From NCBI RefSeq assembly GCF_004010195.1, contig NC_057719.1, positions 29,549,244 through 29,613,243 of the forward strand: a DNA stretch of 64,000 nt, written 5' to 3'. The stretch comes from Chiloscyllium plagiosum. Its lineage: Eukaryota. Numbering within the stretch: position 1 is the first letter of the stretch; each line of letters begins with the position of its first letter. Below are positions 38,420 through 51,184 of the stretch, one piece after another. Under the pieces are notes generated by a model that was given only the letters and a program-made list of their open reading frames with translations, did not search any database and was not told the DNA's origin. The translations under genes were made by a program, and so were the position numbers.

Positions 38420-41400
38420 TCTCAAACAAACTCTAGTCCAACTAGTCCATACTGATCATAATCCCAAATAAAACTAGTCCCACCTGTCAGTGCTGGCCCA
38501 TATTCCTCCAAATGTTTCTTATTCATGTACTTATCCAAATGTCTTTGAAATGTTGTAACTCTATCTGCATCCACCTCTTCCTCTGGAAGTTCATTCCACA
38601 TACAAACTACTCTGTGTAAAGAAAGGTGTCCTTCATGACTTTTTAAAAATCTTTCTCCTCTCACCTTAAAAATATGCCTCTGTGTCATGAAATCCCCCCC
38701 CCCCCCTAGGGAAAAGACACCTGCCAGTCACTTTATCTATATCCCTAATGACTTTATAACCCTCTATAGGGTCACCCCTCAACATCCTACGCTCCAGTGA
38801 AAAAAAGTCCCAGCCTATACAGCCTCTCCTTATAACTCAAGCCCTCTATTCCCGGCAACATCTTGATAAATCTTTTCTGAATCCTCTCCAGCTTAATAAT
38901 ATCCTTTCTATAGCAGGGAGGCCAGAACTGCACACAGAGAGGCCTCACCAACATCCTGTACAAATTCAACCTGACATCCCAATGCCTATATTCAAAAGGT
39001 TTGAGCATGCTAAATGTCTTCTTAACCACTATGTCTACATGTGATACAAACTTCAAAGAATTATGAACCTGAACACCTAGGTCTCTAACTTATACAAAAT
39101 TCTAATTTTAAATGTATAAGTTCTGCCCTTGTTTGTTTTACTAAAATGCAATACCTCACATTTATCCAAATTAAACTCCATCTATCATTCCACAGCCCAT
39201 TGATCCAACTGATCAAGATCTCTGTTATCTTAGACAACCTTCTACACTGTTCACTATATCATCAATTTGAAATAATCCACAACCCCCACTAACCGTGTCT
39301 TCTATATTCTCTTCTGAATCACTGATACAATTGACAAACAAAAATGGACCCAGGAGCAATCCCTGTGGAACACCGCTGGTAATAGGCCTCCAGTCCAATC
39401 AGCAACCTTCCATCACCACTCTCTGCCTCCTGCTGTTAAGCCAATTTTGCATCCAATTGGCAAGCTCACCCTGAATCCCATGAGATCTAACTTTATCAAC
39501 TAGTCTACCATGTGGAAACTTTTCAAATGTTTTACTAAAGTCCAAGTAAACAACGTTTACCGTTCTGCCCTCATCAATTTTCTTGGTTACTTCCTCAAAA
39601 AGTTTCCCTTGGACAAAACCATGTTGATTCCTTGCCTCTCCAAATGCATATAAATCCTATCTTTCAGAATCATCTGCAACAACTTGCCCACCACCCCGAA
39701 GTCAGATTCGCAGGCCTATAGTTTCCAAGCTTCTTCTTACATCTTTTCTTAAACAAAGGCACAACATTAGCCAGTCTCCAATCATCCAGTACCTCACCTA
39801 GTAATAGGGGATACTATCATTTCTGCAAGGGGTTCCGCAATTTCCTCCCTAACTTCCCTAGGATACATTAGATCAGGTCCCAGAGATTTATCCACCTTTA
39901 TATTTTCTAAGGCCTCCAGCACTTTCTCTTCTGTAATGTGAACTGTTTTCAAAACATCAATGTTTATTTCTCTGAGTTCTCTAGCCTCTATATCTTTCTC
40001 ACAGTAATAAAAACTGACGAGGAATATCATTCAAAATCTCTCCAAAGGTTCAACACAAAGACAACCTCTTTTATTTTTGAGGGTCTCAACTCTCTCTCTA
40101 GTTGCTCTCTTGCTCTTAAGTGACTTGTAGAATCTCTTTGGATTATCCTTAACCTTATCTGCTAAGGTTATCTCATATTCCCTTTTTCCCTTCCTGATCT
40201 CCCTTTTAAAAATGTCCTTACACCCTTTATACTATTCAAGAGATTCATTTGAACCCTGTTGTCTATTAAATTAGATTTTTTTAGATTAGATTAGATTACA
40301 TTACGGTATGGAAACAGGCCCTTCGGCCCAACAAGTCCACACCGACCCGCCGAAGCGCAACCCACCCATACCCCTACATTTACCCCTATACCTAACACTA
40401 CGGGCAATTTCGCATGGCCAATTCACCTGACCTGCAGATCTTTGGATCTGTGGGAGGAAACTGGAGCACCCGGAGGAAACCCACGCAGACACGGTGAGAA
40501 CGTGCAAACTCCACACAGTCAGTCGCCTGAGGCGGGAATTGAACCCGGGTCTCTGGCGCTGTGAGGCAACAGTGCTAACCACTGTGCCGCCACCGTGCTG
40601 TCTATATCTAATATATGTTCTTATAAGGACCATAATGATTTTGAACAATTGTTATCACATTTTTCAAAGCCTCCCAGTTATCAAATGACCCTTTGCCTGC
40701 AAATAGTTTATGCCCATCAACTTTTGAAAGTTCTTGTCTTATACCATTAAAATTTGCCTAACTGCAATTAAAACCTTTAACATTTATGAAATGCTTATCT
40801 TTGTCCATAATTCTATTAGCTTTAAAATAATTATGATCAACTAGACCCAAATACTCCTCTAATATCAGTTCAGTCACTTGCCCTGCTTTATTATCCAAGA
40901 GAAAGTCAAGTTTTACTCCCTTTCTTGTAGGAATATTTACATATCGATAAAGAAAATTTTCTTGAACACAAGTAATAACTTCTTCACCATCCAAACTTTT
41001 AATACCATGGTAGTCCTAATCAATGTTTGGAAAATTAAAATCACCCACTATTAGAGCCTTATTATTCTTACATATACCTGAAATCTCTACATATTTGTTC
41101 CTCAATTTCCTTCTGATTATTTGGGGACCTATAGTACAAACCCATCAAAAGTCATCATTTCTTTCTTATTTCTAATTTCAACCCACATATTTGCATTGGA
41201 TGACCTTTTAGAAATATCTTCGAGTTACAGCAATGTTTTCCTTAATCAAAATCGCCATACCCCTTCCTCTTTTGCCTCCTTTTCTAATCTTCCTACAGCA
41301 TCTGAAACCTGGAACATTGAGCTGCCAGCCCTGTCCATTCCTCAGCCGAGTTTCTGTAATAGCAATCCCATGTTCCCAAACATGCCCTGAATTCACCAGT

Positions 41401-42205
41401 CTTAACTGTAAGAATACTTGCATTGAAATAAATGCAGTTTAACTCTTCAGTTACTTTATTCTGTGATGTGCTCTTGTCTGTCTTTTCTAATTAATTTGTT
41501 ATTTTCAGATTCTGAACCATCTTCATCTATCTTTCTATTTACTCTGCTATGTGGGATCCCTCCACTCCCCCTCTCTGATAGTTTACAGTCTACTTTCATA
41601 GAACTAGCAAATTTCCCACTTTCCAGTTCAGATGTAATCCATCCTTTTTAAACAGGCCTTTTCTGTCCCAGAAGAGATCCCAATGATCCAAGAAGCTAAA
41701 TCTATATTATACCACCTTTTCAGCCATTGATTTATCCTCTTCATCTTTTTACTCCTTCCATCATTCAAGCTTGGAACTAGGAGTAAACCAGAGATTACCA
41801 CTTTTGAGCTTCCATTTTTTAATTTTCCATCCAACTTCTTATATTCACTCTGTAAAGCCTTAATCTTTTCCCTAACTACAATAATTTCACTCTCCCCTTT
41901 AACAATATGCTTCAAATGTTTTGAGACGTCCTTAATCCTGGCACCAGGAAAGCAACATACTATCCTAGATTCATGCTCACTCTTGCAGAATCTCTTGTTT
42001 GTGCCCCTGACAGGACAGCCCCCTGTAACAATTATTCTTTTAAATTTTGTTAAACAGCCTTATGTAAGATTCACTTTTAGTGCCCAAGATCTGATTGCCT
42101 CTTCTTTTTACTTCTGAGAGACTATCCCTTTCAAAAGTTTCCAAAACTGAGTATTTGTTTGAGAGAGGAATAGCCACAGAAGCCTTCCGAACTACCTTCT
42201 TACCT
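38420..42205 (-). mobile_element. Long degraded CR1 LINE (ORF1 esterase part to 3' end), interrupted by an HE1 SINE
   Basis: Minus-strand ORFs 38787..39056, 39794..40030, 40758..40994, 41208..41423 and 41628..41915 are collinear CR1 ORF2/ORF1 pieces. Confidence 0.92.
40267..40598 (-). mobile_element. Young full-length HE1-type V-SINE
   Basis: Retains many CpGs and has intact A/B boxes, an (ATCTA)n tail, and a 7-bp TSD TGTCTAT at 40260-40266 and 40599-40605. Confidence 0.95.
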
Positions 42206-42206
42206 T

Positions 42207-43260
42207 TTGATTTGATTTGATTTAATTTATTGCATTCCTAATGAAGGGCTTTTGCCCGAAACGTCGATTTTACTGCTCCTCGGATGCTGCCTGAATCCAG
42301 CACCACTCTAATCTAGACTCTGGTTTCCAGCATCTGCAGTCATTGTTTTTACCTAGTTTAATTTATTGTAGTCACATGTACTTAAGCACGGTGAAGGGCT
42401 TTGTTGTGCGAGCAGCACAGGCAGATCATAGCAAACATAAATTATGGGATGCTTAGACAAAGTGAGGCATACAAGGTTACAGCTACACAGGAGATGCGTA
42501 CAGCAAGATAACATTATTTGAAGTGAGAGAGGTCCATTCAACAGTCTAATAACGGGGAAGAAACTGATCTTGAACCAGTTGGTGCATGTATTCAAGTTTC
42601 TGTATCTTCTGCCTGATGAAAAAGGTTGGCAGAGAACATTGCTGGGGTGGGAGGGGCCTTTGATGATGTTGGCAATGAGAAGAGTAAATTGGGTCCATTG
42701 ATGGGTCATTTGGCTTCTGTAATGGTCTGGACTATGCACACAACTTTTTGTAGTTTCTTTCAGACCTGGACAAAGCAGTTGCTGTACCAGGCCATTATGC
42801 ACCTGGAATACTTTCTATGGAACATCTGTAAAAGTTGGTGAGGGTCCTTATGGACATGCCAAATTTCCTAAACCACCTGAGAAAGAAGAGACGTTGTTGT
42901 GCTTTCTTGACCACTGCATCTATGTGCAAGGTCCAGGTCAGATTGCTGGTTATCGTCATTCCAAGGAACTTGACACTCCCAACCTTCTCCACCTCAGCTC
43001 CACTGATGTAGATAAGGGTGCGTCTCATCCTTCCTTCCTGAAGTCAATAATCAGTATAGTTTTGCCTACATTGAGAGTGAGGTTGTTATCATTGCACCAT
43101 AACACCAAGCACTCTACCTCCAACCTGTATTCAGACTCATCATTTTTGATATCTGTTCTATAATGGCAGTGTCGTCAGCAAACTTGTAAATGGCATTCAT
43201 TTGGAATTTGGCTAGTCGTGAGTGTACAAGGAGTACAGTAGGGGGCTAAGAATGCATCCT
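42207..43260 (-). mobile_element. Rex1/Babar-type LINE 3' part
   Basis: ORF 42795..43028 reads VKFLG...KKAQQRLFFLR...FYRCSIESI; KFADDT at about 43170-43187; (TCAAA)n tail. Confidence 0.9.
42233..42356 (+). mobile_element. 124-bp solo PLE terminus with a hammerhead (G5A-type mutation)
   Basis: 12-bp TSD TTTAATTTATTG at 42221-42232 and 42357-42368; core CUAAUGA-A-[GGGC uuuu GCCC]-GAAAC-GUC at 42238-42265. Confidence 0.85.
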
Positions 43261-43464
43261 TTTGTCCTTTCCTGACAGTTACCCGTCTATCTGACTGATC
43301 CTGACTGCATAATCACTTCTCTAAATATACTAGCCATCCAACTCTGTCTCTTGTATGCCCTCAATGACATCAAGCCTAAAAAGAGAATGCATAAGCTCCA
43401 CACAGTCACCCAAGGTGGGAATTGAACCTGGGTTATTGCAGAACCACTGAATCACCATGCCTTC

Positions 43465-44990
43465 CATTATGGCTAACTAAGGAAGTTAAGGATGATATCA
43501 AATTGAAGCGGTAGATATACACTGCTGAAAAGGTTAGTGGAAGCTCAGAAGATTGGGAAAATTTTAAAAACCAGCAAAAGATGATTTAAAAATGTAATAT
43601 AAAAAGGAAGGAATTAGGGGAGTACAACAGAATGCTAGTGATAAACATGAAACCATACATGTAAACACTGCCAAAAACAGCCTTTGTTAAAGTGCCACAT
43701 AAAAGCTTACTTCACAAGACAGAGCTCATGGTATTGGGAATTACATGCTAGCATGGATAAAAGATTGGCTAACTACCAGGAAGCAGAGAACCAGGATAAC
43801 TGAGTCATTTTCAGGTCAGCAACTGTAAGTAGAAAAGCACCACAGGGTTCAATGCTGGACCTCGATTTTTGTAACCTCTATTCATGATTTGGATAAATAT
43901 GTTGTTAATTCAAATATAGGTACGGAAGCAAGTTGTGAGGATACAAAGAGTCTGCAAAGAGATAGGTTAAGTGAGTGGGCAAAAAAAATCTTGCAAATGA
44001 AGTATAATATGGATTGATGTGAGGTTGAGGTCGTGAGCATAGTGCTGGAAAAGCACAGCAGGTCAGGCAGCAATCGAAGAGCAGGAGAATTGACGTTTTG
44101 GGCACAAGCCCTTCATCAGAATGTTATTTAAATGAAGAGCGATTGCAGAATGCTTGAGTACAGACCTGGATGTCCTTGAACAAGAATCATGAAATGCCAG
44201 TACATATACACAGAAACTAATTATGAAGGCAAGTGAAATGTTAGGCTTTTTCACAATGGGGATGGAGTGTACAAGTAAGGAAGTCTTGATGCAGCCATAA
44301 AAGGCAATGATGAAATAGCATGTGGAATACTGTGTACAGCTTGATTCTCCTAATTTTAAAAGGGATCTCAACTTGCATTGAAAGCAATTCAGACAAGAGT
44401 CACTAAATTGATTCCTGGGATTAAAGGTTGTGTTATGAGGAAAAGTTGAGTAGGATAGACCAAACACATTGGAGAAGAATCATAGAACATAGAACATAGA
44501 AGAATACAGCGCAGTACAGGCCCTTTGGCCCTCGATGTTGCGCCGAACCAAGCCCACCTAACCTACACTAGCCCATTATCCTCCATATGCCTATCCAATG
44601 CCCGCTTAAATGCCCATAAAGAGGGAGAGTCTACCACTGCTACTGGCAGGGCATTCCATGAACTCACGACTCGCTGAGTAAAGAACCTACCCCTAACATC
44701 TGTCCTATACCTACCACCCCTTAATTTAAAGCTATGCCCCCTCGTAATAGCTGACTCCAGAGGTGATCTTATTAAAATGTACAAGATTCTGTGAATGTGA
44801 TAGAAGCGGGGGGAAGATTTCCTTTCATGAGGGAATATCAAACTAGGTGACACAAATTGAAATGGTTCACAAATTTAGAACAGAGATTAGGAAGAATTTC
44901 TTCTGTTAGATGGTCATTAGTATTTGGAATTCATTTTCAGAGAGCAATGGAGGCTATGTGAATGAAAATATTCAAACGTAAGATATTAGG
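43465..44990 (+). mobile_element. Old degraded CR1 with nested PLE terminus (about 44030-44122) and nested CR1 tail (44482-44757)
   Basis: Remnants of KVPHKSLL-K, PQGS-LGP and EYCVQ. The minus strand has a hammerhead CUGAUGA..GCCC-AAAAC-GUC (G12 lost) at 44092-44119 and a CR1 3' end with an (ATGTTCT)n tail. Confidence 0.8.
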
Positions 44991-45004
44991 AATGTTGCAG
45001 TAAA

Positions 45005-45490
45005 TAACCCATGACTTGATTCCCCAATGCTTGCCTACCATCCACAAGGCACAAGTTAAGAGCATGATGGAATACTCTCATTTGCCTGGATGCGTTCACC
45101 TCCAAAAACATTCAAGACGTTCAACACTAAGTTCAATCACACTGTTTGACACCTCATATATTTCCTCAAACATTCACTGTCACCATCACCAATGCAAAGG
45201 AACAACAGTGTGTACCATCTACAAGGTCCAGCAATTCACCAATGCTTCTTTTAAAGCACCCTCCACACTGCTCTGTCACCTAGATGGACAAAGGCAAAAG
45301 ATGTATGGCAACACCATGACCTGCAGGTTCCACTCCAAGCCACACATCAGCCTGACATGGAACTACAGGGTATGTCATAGTTCCTTATCGCTGGATCAAA
45401 ATCCTCGAACACCAATCTCAGAATTGTGTGTAACTACAGCACATGGATTACACCAGTTCTTGATGATGACTTATCATCAGGTCTTTGATT
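45005..45490 (+). mobile_element. 3' fragment of the second LINE family
   Basis: TIHKAQVKSMMEYS motif; collinear with 28915-29350. Confidence 0.7.
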
Positions 45491-45999
45491 GACAAGGGAG
45501 TTAAGGGAGATGAAGGATAGGCAAGAAATTGGATCTAAAGATCTGAACAGATTAGCCATGATCTTTTTGAATGGTGGAGTGGGCTTAGTGATGTTAGTGA
45601 AAGAGGAATGGGGTGTGGATTTGAGGAAAGGGGGTGAATGCCATTACCTCGCCCCTATTTCTGATCTTATGATCCATGTAATAAATTAAAGATCTTTCAC
45701 AATATGCTAACATACCAAAGCAATATACATTACAAATGCATTGCAAAATAATCAGGACAATTACTTCTGACCTTTTTCTCAAAATAAATATAACAGTTTC
45801 TATCTTGAAAAAGAAATTTATTTTGTTTCTGGTGTAATATAAACAAACTAATCTTCCATAATTTTGCCAAAAGCAAAGTGTAGATGCTGAAAATACTCAG
45901 GAGGTCTGATATAATTTGTGGAGACAGAAACAAAACTAACTTTGCAGATCTTGACTTTACAGAAGGTCAATAGAATGGTTCATTGATAGAGTAAGAAAA

Positions 46000-46345
46000 T
46001 TGGATCTAAGTGCCACTGTAAGTGATTTGGGCACTTTATCTAGGCTGATGCTTCAGTTCTGTACTAATAAGGGCAGATTGCATTGTTAGAGCTGCTATCT
46101 TTCAGTCATGACATTAAACCAAGGCTTAACGATCTAATGTAAAATATCCCATCGCCCAAACTGAAAAGGAACACGGAAGCTCTTATTGGCAGCTGGACAC
46201 AATAACAGATAAGAGTGCTACAATAGGTCACCTGATCATTGTTATTGTGAGACCTTGACGTGTGAACATTTATTGCTGCATTTTCATATATATCAACTAA
46301 GACCTTTTCAAAAAATATTTAATGTAAAGTGTTTTATTTGTCCTG
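46000..46345 (+). mobile_element. Ancient Deu-domain SINE (SacSINE1/AmnSINE1-like)
   Basis: AGGCTGATGCTTCAGTTCTGTACT...TCTTTCAG..ATGACATTAAACCAAGGC...TGTAAAATATCCCAT...TTGTGAGACCTTG resembles the DeuSINE consensus as I recall it. Confidence 0.6.
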
Positions 46346-46385
46346 AGTCACAACTACACTGTTTTCTTACAAATCATTTCTTTAC

Positions 46386-46603
46386 CTGGATTTTGTTTAC
46401 ACCGAGGAAAAGTCGCTGTAGTTTTACCAGTGGATATAGATTGTTAAGATCACGCATCCTATTCTCCTCTAGGTGGAGCTCAATGAGAGAGGTTTGGCCC
46501 AAAAAGGAGTTCTCGTGGATCATTCGGACTCGGTTTCGTTCCAATGATAATTCAACAAGGTTCTGAAGGCAATCAAGCCCCTCAACCTGACTAATAAAAT
46601 TGC
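46386..46603 (-). CDS. LRRC9: LRRC9 coding exon: GNFISQVEGLDCLQNLVELSLERNRVRMIHENSFLGQTSLIELHLEENRMRDLNNLYPLVKLQRLFLGVNKIQ
   Basis: Acceptor ttacattatAG and donor GTaaa; 218 bp, phase 1 to 0. Encodes three consecutive LxxLxLxxN repeats with no stops. Confidence 0.96.
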
Positions 46604-46842
46604 CTATAATGTAAAGAATTACAATGACTCAAATAGTATGTATACTGCACATATGAAACTGTGTGCATCCACTTAACTAAAATTTAATTTCATCAGAATC
46701 AAGGAGATAGGATGAACCAAATTCAGTCAATCCATTTTTCCGATTGATAAATTTTGATCAGGGAACTTCAGATCATTTACATCTTCCTCTAGCAAGACCA
46801 TATAACGAGTATAGAATGTTTACAGTTTTTCAAAAATATGTC

Positions 46843-49800
46843 CGGGGTGACTCTCTAGTCCGAGGTACAGACAGACATTTCTGTGGCCAGCAGTGAAAAA
46901 TCAGAATGATGTGTTGCTTTCCTGGTGCCAGGATCAAGGATGACTCAGAGAGAGTGCAGAATTTTCTCAAGGGGGAGGGGGCCAGCAGGAGGTCATTGTA
47001 CACATTGGAACCAACGACATAGGAAAGGAAAAGATTGAGATTCTTAAGGGAGATTACAGAGAGTTAGGCAAGAATTTAAAAAGGAGGTCCTTGAGAGTAG
47101 TAATATCTGGATTACTCCCAGTGCTACAAGCTAGTGAGGGCAGGGTATACGAGGATAGAACAGATGAATGCATGGCTGAGGAGCTGGTGTAAGGGAAAAG
47201 GATTCACATTTTTGGATCATTGGAAGCTCTTTTGGGGTAAAAGTGACTTGTACAAGAAGGACGAATTGCATCTAAATTGGAAGGGGACTAATATACTGGA
47301 AGGGAGATTTGCTAGAGCTGCTCAGAAGGATTTAAACTAGTGAGGTGTGACCCAGGGAGGTAGTGAAGAAAGAGATCAATCTGAGACTGGTACAGTTGAG
47401 AACAAAGGCAAATCAAATAGTCAGGGCAGGCAGGGACAAAGCAGAGAACAAGGTAGGACTGATAAATTAAACTGTATTTATTTCAATGCAAGAGGCCTAA
47501 CAGGGAAGGCAGATGAACTCAGGGCATGGTTTGGAACTTGGGATATCACAGCAATTACAGAAATGGACAGGACTAGCAGCTTAATGTTCCAGGATAAACA
47601 TGCTACAGGAAGGACAGAAAGGGAGGCAATAGAGGAGGGTGAGTGGCGGTTTTGATAAGGGATAGCATTACAGCTGTATGGGGGGAGGATATTCCCAGAA
47701 ATACATCCAGGGAAGTTATTTGGGTGGAACTGAGAAATAAGAAAGAGGTGATCACTTTATTGGGATTGTATTATAGACCCACTAATAGTCAGAGGGAAAT
47801 TGAGAAACAAACTTGTAAGGAGATCTTAGTTATCTGTAAGAATAATAGGGTGGTTATGGTAGGGGATTTTAAAAACATGCACTGGGACTGCCATAGTGTT
47901 AAGGGTTTAGATGGAGAGGAATTTGTTAAGAAGACTTGTTACAAGAAAATTTTCTGATTCAGTATGTGGATGTACCTACTAGAGAAGGTGCAAACCTTGA
48001 CCTACTCCTGGGAAATAAGGGCAGGGGAGTGCGGTGTCAGTTGGGTGTCAATTCTATTAATTTTAAAATAGTGATGGAAAAGGATAGACCAGATCTAAAA
48101 GTTGAAGTTCTAAATTGGAGAAAGGCCAATTGTGATGGTATTAAGCAAGAACTTTCGAAAGCTGATTGGGGGCAGATGTTCACAGGTAAATGGATGCCTG
48201 GAAAATGGGAAGCCTTCAGAAATGAGATAACGAGAATCCAGAGAAAGTATATTCCTGTTTGGGTGAAAGGAAAGGCTGGAGGTGTATGGAATGCTGGATG
48301 ACTAGAGAAATTGAGGGTTTGGTTAAGAAAAAGAATGAAGCATATGTCAGGTATAGACAGGACAGATCGAATGAATCCTTAGAAGAGTATAAAGGCAGTA
48401 GGAGTATACTTAAGAGAGAAATCGGGGGGCAAAAAATGGACATGAGATAGCTTTGGCAAATAGAGTTAAGGAGAATCCAAAGGGTTTTTACAAGTACATT
48501 AAGGACAAAAGGGTAACTAGGGAGAGAATAGGGCATCTCAAAGATCAGCAAGGCAGCCTATGTGTGTAGCTGGAGGAGATGGGGGAGATACTAAACGAGT
48601 ATTTTGCATCAGTATTTACTGTGGAAAAGGACATGGAAGATATAGAATGTAGAGAAATAGATGGTGACATCTTGAAAAATGTCCATATTACAGAAGAGGA
48701 AGTGCTGGATGTCTTGAAACATAAATGTTGATAAATACCCAGGACCTGATCAGGTGTACCCTAGAACTCTGTGGGAAGCTAGAGAACTGATCACTGAACC
48801 TCTTACTGAGATATTTGTATCAACGATAGTCACAGGTGAGGTGCCGGACGACTGGAAGTTGGCTAACGTGGTGCCACTGTTTAAGAAAGATGGTAAGGAT
48901 AAGCCAGGGAACTATAGACCAGTGAGCCTGACATCAGTGGTGGGCACGTTGTTGGAGGGAATCCTGAAGGACAGGATGTACATACATTTGGAAAGGCAAG
49001 GTCTGATTAGGGATAGTCAACATGGCTTTGTGTGTGAGAAATCATGTTTCACAAACTTGATTGAGTTTTTTGAAGAAGTAACAAAGAGGATTGATGAGGA
49101 CAGAGTGGTAGATGTGATCTATATGGACTTCAGTAAGGCGTTCTACAAGGTTCCCCATGGGAGACTGGTTAGCAAGGTTAGATCTCATGGAATACAGGGA
49201 GAACTAACCATTTGGATACAGAACTGGCTCAAAGGTAGAAGACAGAGGGTGATGATGGAGAGTTGTTTTTCAGACTGGAGGCCTGTGACCAATGCAGTGC
49301 CACAAAGATCGGTGCTGGGCCCACTACTTTTCATCATTTATATAAATGATTTGGATGCGAGCATAAGAGGTATAGTTAGTACATTTGCAGATGACACCAA
49401 AATTGGAGGTGTAGTGGAAAGTGAAGAAGGCTACCTCAGATTACAACAGGATCTTGATCAGATGGGCCAATGGGCTGAGAAATGGCAGATGGAGTTTAAT
49501 TTAGATAAATGTGAGGTACTGCATTTTGGGAAAGCAAATCTTAGCAGGATGTATACACTTAATTTTAAGGATCTAGGCAATATTGCTGAACAAAGAGACC
49601 TTGGGGTGTAAGTTCATAGCTCCTTGAAAGTGGAGTTGCAGGTAGACAGGATAGTGAAGAAGGCATTTGGTATGCTTTCCTTTATTGGTCAGAGTATTGA
49701 GTACAGGAGTTGGGAGGTCATGTTGTGGCTGTACAGGATATTGGTTAGGCCACTGTTGGAATATTGCGTGCAATTCTGGTCTCCTTCCTAGCAGAAGGAT

Positions 49801-50286
49801 GGTGTGAAAATTGAAAGGGTTCAGAAAAGATTTACAAGGATGTTGCCGGGGTTGGAGGATTGAGCTATAGGGAGAAGTTGAATAGGCTAGGGCTGTTTTC
49901 CTTGGAGTATCGGAGGCTAAGGGGGTTTATAAAAGCATGAGGGGCATGGATAGGATAAATAGACAAAGTCTTTTCCCTGGGGTGGGGGAGTCTAGAGCTA
50001 GAGGGCATAGGTTTATGGTGAGAAGGAAAAGATATAAAAGAGACCTAAGGGGCAACTTTTTCACACAGAGGATAGTACGTGTATGGAATGAGTTGCCAGA
50101 GGAAGTGTTGGAGGCTGGTACAATTGCAACATTTAAAAGGCATTTGGATAGGTATATGAATAGGATGGGTTTGGAGGGATATGGGCCGGGTCTGGCAGGT
50201 GGGACTAGATTGGGTTGGATTATCTGGTCAGGATGGACAAGTTGGACCGAAGTGACTGTTTCCATGCTGTATATCTCTTTGACTCC
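46843..50286 (+). mobile_element. Near-full-length CR1 LINE (ORF1 esterase, APE, RT, tail) with frameshifts
   Basis: GDSLVRG...CFPGARI...HIGTND; NARGLTGK...YYRPTNS; RT ORF 48754..49611; 3' ORF 49937..50320. Confidence 0.96.
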
Positions 50287-50929
50287 AAGAGATAATCATA
50301 ATGAATTATGTGGTCGTTAGCTGTGAACAAGTCTTAGTTAATACTGCAGATTCCTGGAGGTTACTTGATTGTCTTTGGAAGCTGAACTGGAATTTTCCAA
50401 GTTTGCATTACTGATTGTGTGAAATGGAGACAGAAATACGAGGAAGGTTGTGAAAATGGCTGGGCTTCAAAGATGATGCTTGCTCCTGGGATCACAGGGG
50501 ATCAGGGCAATGGTGAGTCTTTCAGGCTGCAATGAATGGAAAATACATGTAGGGCACTATGGGACATTATATATCATGAATGAGGTAAATTTATAAAGAT
50601 AGCACGAGAAATCTCACTGGGCTTCATGGAGAAAAACGCTTCATGAAACTTGCCAAAATTGATAATTAGTCAATTTCTACTAAATTCAGCTCATAGTCAT
50701 AAGTAGGAGTGAATTGCTTAGGCTTTAGACTGTGAAGACTTGAGGACCACATCTTGGCTGTGAACAACATATTAAATATCTTAGGAAACCATGTAATGTC
50801 AAAGGCAAAGATTTGATTTTGTACTTTATCAGTTATTACATCTTAACTGCAGTGTTATGCCTCATCTAAAAAGTATAGAAATCAATTTATTTTCACTCTC
50901 ATTTGTTGTTAAGTGTGCATAAGTTACTA

Positions 50930-51136
<207 letters not shown>

Positions 51137-51184
51137 TTAAAATGTAGCAAAATTCATAATTATATATTTATATGGAACACAATT

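Noticed and set aside
48754..49611. RT ORFs (also 34629..35363 and 20514..21074) as active elements or a retron/DGR-type system
   Set aside because: They are standard CR1 ORF2 fragments with stops, frameshifts and CR1 3' tails in vertebrate intronic DNA.
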